Of a stretch of 64,000 nucleotides of DNA, positions 54,701-64,000 are shown piece after piece (the first letter of the stretch is position 1; the number at the start of each line of letters is the position of its first letter). Below the pieces are notes generated by a model, which ran no database searches, was not told the origin of the DNA, and saw only the letters and a program-made list of their open reading frames with translations. Made by a program: the position numbers and the translations under genes. Source of the DNA: Bugula neritina (lineage: Eukaryota; Animalia; Bryozoa); NCBI GenBank assembly GCA_964035545.1, contig OZ037772.1:13204818-13268817 (forward strand), written 5' to 3'.

Positions 54701-57700
54701 TTACCTGTTATCAAAGGAGATTGCGGATATGGTGAAAAAGAGACACAGTGAAAGCATTAAAGTAGCCATCTTTCTTTTCCCGGGGATTTGTACATGTCTA
54801 GACTTGATGCTTGCATTCTGAAATGAATAGATAGTATATAGAAATACCACATATATACAGAATATACGTAACATATACACATAATATACGTGATATATAC
54901 ACATAATATACGTAACATATACACAGAATATACGTAACATATACAGAGAATATACGTAACATATACAGAGAATATACGTAACATATACAGAGAATATACG
55001 TAACATATACACAGAATATACGTAACATATACACAGAATATACCTCAGTCTGCAAGGAATCTACCAACTCTTTCAGTCTTTTATTCTCAGCTTGAAGTTT
55101 AACATTCTCAGCTCTAACCAGCTCAACTTCTTCCTCCAACTGTGCCATGTGTTCCTTCCTCCTTTTACGCGAGAGCGTGGCCGCTTCACGATTCTTTATC
55201 ATGCGAGCTTGTTTCTTCTCGTACTCACTCATTGACTGATCCAGCTGGCTCTGCTTGTTTGAGACTTGCTTGTTGCTTACCTGAGCAGGTGACCAAGTAT
55301 ACTATATGTTACTCAGTATATTATATGTTACTCAGTATATTATATGTTACTCAGTATATTATATGTTACCCAGCATATCTATATGTTACTCAGTATATTA
55401 TATGTTACTCAGTATATTATATGTTACTCAGTATATTATATGTTACTCAGTATATTATATGTTACTCAGTATATTATATGTTACTCAGTATACTATATGT
55501 TACTCAGTATATTATATGTTACTCAGTATACTATATGTTACTCAGTATAATATATGTTACTCAGTATACTATATGTTACTCAGTATACTATATGTTACTC
55601 AGTATATCTATATGTTACTCAGTATATCTATATGTTACTCAGTATATTATATGTTACTCAGTATATATATATGTTACTCAGTATATCTATATGTTACTCA
55701 GTATATTATATGTTACTCAGTATACTATATGTTACTCAGTATATATATATGTTACTCAGTATATCTATATGTTACTCAGTATATTATATGTTACTCAGTA
55801 TACTATATGTTACTCAGTATATTATATGTTACTCAGTATATCTATATGTTACTCAGTATATCTATATGTTACTCAGTATATCTATATGTTACTCAGTATA
55901 CTATATGTTACTCAGTATATATATATGTTACTCAGTATATCTATATGTTACTCAGTATATTATATGTTACTCAGTATACTATATGTTACTCAGTATATTA
56001 TATGTTACTCAGTATATTATATGTTACTCAGTATATTATATGTTACTCAGTATACTATATGTTACTCAGTATACTATATGTTACTCAGTATATTATATGT
56101 TACTCAGTATACTATATGTTACTCAGTATATCTATATGTTACTCAGTATATCTATATGTTACTCAGTATATTATATGTTACTCAGTATATTATATGTTAC
56201 TCAGTATATTATATGTTACTCAGTATACTATATGTTACTCAGTATATCTATATGTTACTCAGTATATCTATATGTTACTCAGTATATTATATGTTACTCA
56301 GTATATTATATGTTACTCAGTATATTATATGTTACTCAGTATACTATATGTTACTCAGTATATTATATGTTACTCAGTATACTATATGTTACTCAGTATA
56401 TTATATGTTACTCAGTATACTATATGTTACTCAGTATATTATATGTTACTCAGTATATCTATATGTTACTCAGTATACTATATGTTACTCAGTATAATAT
56501 ATGTTACTCAGTATAATATATGTTACTCAGTATACTATATGTTACTCAGTATATTATATGTTACTCAGTATACTATATGTTACTCAGTATATTATATGTT
56601 ACTCAGTATAATATATGTTACTCAGTATACTATATGTTACTCAGTATATTATATGTTACTCAGTATACTATATGTTACTCAGTATATCTATATGTTACTC
56701 AGTATATTATATGTTACTCAGTATATTATATGTTACTCAGTATACTATATGTTACTCAGTATATCTATATGTTACTCAGTATATTATATGTTACTCAGTA
56801 TATCTATATGTTACTCAGTATATTATATGTTACTCAGTATATTATATGTTACTCAGTATACTAGATGTTACTCAGTATATCTATATGTTACTCAGTATAT
56901 TATATGTTACTCAGTATACTATATGTTACTCAGTATACTATATGTTACTCAGTATATTATATGTTACTCAGTATATCTATATGTTACTCAGTATATCTAT
57001 ATGTTACTCAGTATATTATATGTTACTCAGTATACTATATGTTACTCAGTATACTATATGTTACTCAGTATATTATATGTTACTCAGTATACTATATGTT
57101 ACTCAGTATATCTATATGTTACTCAGTATATCTATATGTTACTCAGTATATTATATGTTACTCAGTATATTATATGTTACTCAGTATATTATATGTTACT
57201 CAGTATACTATATGTTACTCAGTATATCTATATGTTACTCAGTATATCTATATGTTACTCAGTATATTATATGTTACTCAGTATATTATATGTTACTCAG
57301 TATATTATATGTTACTCAGTATACTATATGTTACTCAGTATATTATATGTTACTCAGTATACTATATGTTACTCAGTATATTATATGTTACTCAGTATAA
57401 TATATGTTACTCAGTATACTATATGTTACTCAGTATATTATATGTTACTCAGTATACTATATGTTACTCAGTATATCTATATGTTACTCAGTATATTATA
57501 TGTTACTCAGTATATTATATGTTACTCAGTATACTATATGTTACTCAGTATATCTATATGTTACTCAGTATATTATATGTTACTCAGTATATCTATATGT
57601 TACTCAGTATATTATATGTTACTCAGTATATTATATGTTACTCAGTATACTAGATGTTACTCAGTATATCTATATGTTACTCAGTATATTATATGTTACT

Positions 57701-59633
57701 CAGTATATCTATATGTTACTCAGTATATTATATGTTACTCAGTATATTATATGTTACTCAGTATACTAGATGTTACTCAGTATATCTATATGTTACTCAG
57801 TATATTATATGTTACTCAGTATACTATATGTTACTCAGTATATTATATGTTACTCAGTATACTATATGTTACTCAGTATATCTATATGTTACTCAGTATA
57901 TTATATGTTACTCAGTATATTATATGTTACTCAGTATACTATATGTTACTCAGTATATCTATATGTTACTCAGTATATTATATGTTACTCAGTATATCTA
58001 TATGTTACTCAGTATATTATATGTTACTCAGTATATTATATGTTACTCAGTATACTAGATGTTACTCAGTATATTATATGTTACTCAGTATACTATATGT
58101 TACTCAGTATAATATATGTTACTCAGTATACTATATGTTACTCAGTATATTATATGTTACTCAGTATACTATATGTTACTCAGTATACTATATGTTACTC
58201 AGTATATTATATGTTACTCAGTATATCTATATGTTACTCAGTATATTATATGTTACTCAGTATAATATATGTTACTCAGTATACTATATGTTACTCAGTA
58301 TATTATATGTTACTCAGTATATTATATGTTACTCAGTATATTATATGTTACTCAGTATAATATATGTTACTCAGTATACTATATGTTACTCAGTATATTA
58401 TATGTTACTCAGTATACTATATGTTACTCAGTATACTATATGTTACTCAGTATATTATATGTTACTCAGTATATTATATGTTACTCAGTATATTATATGT
58501 TACTCAGTATATTATATGTATATATTAGTGAGTGTAATATGTTATATACTCACGTTACATATCTGCAGATTACTAGGTCTGGTCACAGTTGGCTGAGGAG
58601 TTAACACTAAAGACTGCATATTCTACAGAATAAACATAATCTAGTCATACACAATACATACACACTACGTACACAGTACATACACACTACATACACACTA
58701 CATACACAGTACATACACACTACATACATACTACATACACACTACATACACAGTACATACACAGTACATACACAGTACATACACAGTACATACACAGTAC
58801 ATACACACTACATACATACTACATACACATTACATACACACTACGTACACAGTACATACACACTACGTACACAGTACATACACACTACGTACACAGTACA
58901 TACACACTACATACACAGTACATACACACTACATACACAGTACATACACATTACATACACACTACATACACAGTACATACACAGTACATACACAGTACAT
59001 ACACAGTACATACACAATACATACACACTACATACACAGTACATACACACTACGTACACATTACATACATACTACATACATACTACATACACACTACATA
59101 CACAGTACATACACAGTACATACACACTACATACACACTACATACACACTACGTACACAGTACATACACATTACATACACACTACATACACAGTACATAC
59201 ACATTACATACACAGTACATACACACTACATACACAGTACATACACATTACATACACAGTACATACACACTACGTACACAGTACATACATACTACATACA
59301 CAGTACATACACACTACGTACACAGTACATACATACTACACACACTACTGTAAAAGAGATTAACTAAGTCACCTGATCAGTGCAAGGGCTGGTGACAGCA
59401 TAAACAAGTGTGCTGGCATGAGAAACTGGTGTCTGCTGCACTACGGTGCTACCGGAGAAGGTGGACTCCTGGGAGAGTTTAGGCTGTAATCTGGGCAGTT
59501 TAGAAGGAATGACGTTTTGTGCGGAGAGTAGAGGAAGAGATTGTGTGAGAACAGGATCCTCTTGGAATATACCTGTGTGCTGGTAGCATAATATATTAAT
59601 ATTACTAGATATAGAGTATATATATAGTACAGA

Positions 59634-59692
<59 letters not shown>

Positions 59693-60371
59693 AGAGTATA
59701 TATAGTACAGAGTATATATAGTACAGAGTATATATAGTACAGAGTATATATAGTACAGAGTATATATAGTACAGAGTATATATAGTACAGAGTATAGAGT
59801 ATATATAATACCGAGTACAGAGTATTATATACAATACAGAGTATAGAGTATATATAGTACAGAGTATAGAGTATATATATTATTTATACTCACATCGCTG
59901 GAAAAAAGCAGCTGAGAGTCATTGTCTACGCTGTACACCAGATTAGGAGAAACTGTCTTGTAATAGGGGGAGAGGGGTTCCTGCTTAACGCTGGTTCCAC
60001 CACTGCTGACTCCGCTGTCAGAGTTGTTATCTGCCCCCTCCATGGAGAACAGAGCGTCCAGATCTTGTCCCTCACTCAGACCTCCGGGTAGAGACAGACA
60101 AGCATCTTTAAAGATGTCCAAGGTCAGGTCAGGGTCAGGAGGGTGGAATTTCATCAAGTCAGTGAAATCCTCAATACCCTCCATGAGAGCGAGAGTAGAC
60201 GAGTCTAAAACAGAGAGCCACTGTGTCACATGCTTAACATTTCAACTTTTCCACATACAGTTTTTGATCAAAGCACGCACAGTAACTCATCAGTTGACAA
60301 TAAATAAAGTATGAACAGCTAAGTAAATAAGGATACAATTGTCCATGTTACTAACCATCAAAATCCTCCAT
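51790..60371 (-). CDS. ATF6: ATF6 membrane-bound bZIP unfolded-protein-response transcription factor (~645 aa)
   Basis: Exons: 60356-60371, 59894-60204, 59373-59579, 58554-58622, 55044-55280, 54705-54817, 53945-54249, 53333-53463, 52807-53010, 52334-52462, 52149-52233, 51790-51920; total 1938 nt. b[42 protein letters not shown], site-1 protease motif RHLL, and luminal motifs [47 protein letters not shown] and [11 protein letters not shown]. The N-terminus may extend further upstream. Confidence 0.94.
51980..55043. repeat. Series of distinct arrays in consecutive ATF6 introns (21, 20, 21, 12, 15 and 22 bp units)
   Basis: Arrays at 51980-52130, 52475-52780, 53020-53327, 53490-53925, 54292-54645 and 54850-55043, separated by exons. 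Confidence 0.93.
55297..58517. repeat. 3.2-kb 19/20-bp satellite TATGTTACTCAGTATA[TTA|CTA|TCTA|ATA] in an ATF6 intron
   Basis: Constant 16-bp core plus a variable 3-4 bp segment. Confidence 0.98.
58645..59345. repeat. 12-bp repeat TACATACACA(C/G/T) family in an ATF6 intron
   Basis: Fills intron 58623-59372. Confidence 0.95.
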
Positions 60372-61764
60372 TGATACTTCAGAGTAATACTCAAGTTTAG
60401 TGGAACTGGAAATGTTTCAGTAGAATCAAGAAAACTGGGAATAACTAAAATACAAGAAATAGACAATTATATACCAGTGAGCCTAACACTGAAGGTGAGC
60501 CTAACACTGAAAGTATACTCTACTATACTAATAGTGTCAGCATCATATTTATAATTACTACCAACATTGAATTTTCTACCACAATAAGATTCAAATTTAT
60601 TAAAAATTATAATTATCAAAAATATATGATAGTTATTAACTATAGGATTAAAAAAGGATTCAAAATTAATAAAATCAAAATGAATATCAACTAAAGCTAC
60701 AACTAGCCTAATGGCTGGTAGTACTACTAGTACTACCAGCACTACTAGTAGCACTACTAGTACTACTAGCAGTACTAGTAGTGCTACTGCTAGTAGTACT
60801 AGTAGTAATACTAGTAGCACTACTAGTACTGCTAGTAGTACTAGTAGTAATACTACTACTACTAGCACTACTAGTAGTGCTACTGCTAGTAGTACTAGTA
60901 GTAATACTAGTACTACTACTAGTAGCACTACTAGTACTGCTAGTAGTACTAGTAGTTATACTAGTACTACTACTAGTAGTGCTACTAGGCCTAGCATTAG
61001 GCCTTTTCTTTACACTAAATTAACCTGTTGAGTAGAACGGGTGTGCCACATTTTGTATCATGGGTTACATATATCATCATGACCATAATGTAGTCAGTAG
61101 TCAGTGACTGTAAGAATATATTCAACAATAATTTTAATGTAGGCCTACAGTATATTTAAAAGAGGTCTGTTTAGCCGTCTATAGTGAGACTAGGAGTAGT
61201 AGTAGTACTTTCAGTTCTAATCTATTTCTAGCAGTTCTCCTAGCCTCTAGAGCACTACAACTAGTAATAGTAGTTCTAATACTTACTAGTACTAGTAGTA
61301 CAGTAGTAGCAGTAGACGTAGTAGTACCTGTACTACTAGTAGAAGTACTACTAAGTACTAAAACTAGTATTCAAATGATACTAATACTAATAGGGTAATA
61401 CTAATAGTAATATTACTAGTATTACTAATAGTACAGTAATAGTAGTGGAATACTAGTATTACTAGCAGTAACACTAACAGTAACACTAACTCTAAGAGTA
61501 AGAGAAAGTCTAACTACTAAGTGTAACACTAACCACTAACTCTAAGTATAAGTCTAAGTTGACTACTACTACTACTAGTATTAGTGTAGCACTATTACTT
61601 CTACCACTACTGACTACCACTACTGACTACGTCAACTGGCACTACTACTACTATAGTATACTACTACTACTACTACTACTACTACTGCTATAGTATACTA
61701 CTACTACCACTACCACTACTAGTAATACAAACAGTAGTAATGCTACTACTACTGTACTACGTTA

Positions 61765-61863
61765 ACATCAATTTCTGCATCCTCACAGATCTTTCACAAC
61801 AGTTTTCTCCCTCGAAGCATTAGAGATTTGAGGATACTACCTCATAACACAAACTCAGCTTAG
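61765..61863 (+). mobile_element. Possible 3' relic of a CR1/L2-type non-LTR retrotransposon
   Basis: Translates to TSISASSQIFHNSFLPRSIRDLRILPHNTNSA*, which resembles the SFFPRxxxxWNxLP C-terminus of CR1/L2 ORF2. It is very short and recognised only by eye. Confidence 0.35.
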
Positions 61864-64000
61864 CTATGTGCTAAAACCCCTTTACATTACAATTAAAATA
61901 TCCAAACTAAGCTACATGCTAGAATACTGAATAGATACATTTCAACACATGATAAACCGAAACAAAAACAACATAAGAGGCACTCATAATTTTGCGCCTG
62001 TAGATGTTAACAGAGTGTTCTAATTTTTACCAGGTGAGTCACTAGTACTAGTAATACTAGTAGTAGTAGAACTAGACGTAGTACTACTACTACTACTACT
62101 GAGTACTAGTAGTAGTACTACGTCTACTACTACTAGCCTTAGGTAAACTCTGGGTAAAGTTTCCTCTAAAATAAAATAACCGAATGACTATCAGTACATT
62201 TTTATTTGAGTATGATATCATTCAAATTATTTAACTGCAAGCAGATGCAGTTTTTCGAGTCATTATGAAAAGCAATGAAGAATAATTTTATATTTTAGTT
62301 TTCACAGTTGAATTGTTTTTAACTGATCAATAAATTTCCTAGTCCTCAACCGGAAGCTTATGGCACGTTCGTCCAGCACGCAACTTTATTCTTAATAATA
62401 AATGATATCTAAACGCGCAGTTCACATATAATATCTAGAATATGAAAAAGATATCAAATTTTTAACGAACGACAGCTTCTTGATCTCTCCTGTAATTTTA
62501 CGTGTAATTGATATGAGAGATCATCGATTGATAATGGCATGAAAAGAAGGCGTCTTCTCTTAATAAATATTAATAAGTTTGCTGCATTTAGGTTGAAGTT
62601 GAACAGCTTATGTCATAAAGCTTAACCATAGAGATAAAGCTATTAAATACTGAGTAGTGAATAGTATTACAGTTTTTATTTTACACTAGGTTATCGAATT
62701 TATTAGTATAAAGAAAAAATGAAGTGTAAGTGAGTGAGTGACTCAAAGTAAAACTGTAGACTCAGACTGTAGAGTGTCAGTGTGAATGTAACTCAGTAAC
62801 TGTACGTGTAAGACTAAGTGTAAGACTAAGAGTAAATATATTTATATCATAATAATTATTAAATTTAATTACATGAGGATCAATATCAATATGAATATCA
62901 CAACGATGATCAATATCATCATGATGATGATGACGGTCATAATCATAATCATAATGCCGTTGTTATACTTATAGTTATTGTCTTATATTTATTGTTGTAC
63001 TCTACTCATTATTACACTGATACTAATACTTACACTAATTATGATAGAAAAATATGTAATCACAATTTAGGGTTATTAATTACCCATGGGCTTTGTTCTA
63101 CATTCACTATCAGTATCACTATTGATGTTGCGGTATTTGTATCACTCTTTCTCACAATCTTTATCTTATGCCAGTTTCGCTGTTGTATCGGAATTTTCAA
63201 GTTTATGTAGTTGTCTCCTCTTCTTGTTGCTTATGTTTGGGGGTGCACAACTCTGAGATCAACACAGATATTAGATATAGCGTGAGTGTGGCTTGTGTGA
63301 GTGTTGTACCTATCAGTATCACCTATGAATATCAATCTAGGTGTAATTATATATTACATTATAATACTAGTGATGACTTTACCTTACCAATGTGAATCAT
63401 TATATTTATTATAATATTTATACGTATAAGCTATGGACTGTGTAAGTCACACTCACTATAGCACTGACTGTGACTGTTTGCATCAATACTGTTATGTGGT
63501 TTGAATGTAATTATAGTATAATAATATAACACTCATATTTCAATTACTTTGGAGATCTTACTAGAAAATAAATTGCAGCAAATGTTGATGTAGCATCACC
63601 ACTATTAGTATGCAAATTGACAAAAATATTATACATTTTCTGTAATTTAGTGTGATTCACGTAAGCCAGTCCGTATGTTTATGGGAATCTTTACTACCAG
63701 AAAAATAATTTAATTTGTAATATTGTCCTTACTAGTTCCCAGCATTAGTTGTAAGGGAATTTGAAAATTTAAAATTTGAAATATTGCAACTGGCATGACT
63801 TTAGTGTCACAATATAGGCAGTGCTTCCAAATTGTCAGCATTATCATTATGTAATAGAGTGCAGATTATAGCTACAGTTTGTATATATATATAATTTGCA
63901 TATTATGTATTATAATTTGTATACATATATATACTTGTTATATAGGTTTCCAATTAAACTGAGTAGCAGGGTATTATTGCTATAGTGTCTGTAAGCAACT

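Noticed and set aside
55142-58604. 1096-aa and overlapping ORFs ([11 protein letters not shown]...)
   Set aside because: They are translations of a 19/20-bp satellite, open in several frames, inside an ATF6 intron on the opposite strand.
60467-61031. Poly-Leu/Val and Ser/Thr ORFs (also 7053-7335, 54237-54650)
   Set aside because: They are translations of ACT/AGT low-complexity tracts.

Overview
Eukaryotic, intron-rich, AT-rich DNA from a gene-dense invertebrate genome. The cytoplasmic intermediate-filament gene with a lamin-tail domain suggests a protostome; the species cannot be named from sequence alone. By walking GT-AG junctions and codon phases by hand I reconstruct seven genes. (1) WDR5 (-, 754-5406) lies head-to-head with (2) a BET bromodomain gene (BRD2/3/4-fs(1)h type; +, 8672-18877, short and long isoforms). 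(3, 4) Two tandem, apparently paralogous orphan type-I membrane proteins have NHL-like propeller ectodomains (-, 19306-26492 and 27887-31056). (5) The cytoplasmic IF gene has alternative first, mutually exclusive middle and alternative last exons (-, 32417-47230). (6) A small single-pass adaptor-like gene (+, 49666-51224). (7) ATF6 (-, 51790-60371). Most long ORFs in the track are translations of intronic tandem repeats and are not genes. The most striking feature is that most introns longer than ~150 bp are filled by their own short-unit tandem array. Many array units are copies of splice signals: donor, exon-end plus donor, branch point, acceptor, or the reverse complement of the donor (the U1 5' end). 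One array also contains a single inverted unit, a likely template-switch scar. Exon coordinates were derived by eye and need RNA-seq confirmation; repeat boundaries and copy numbers are approximate.
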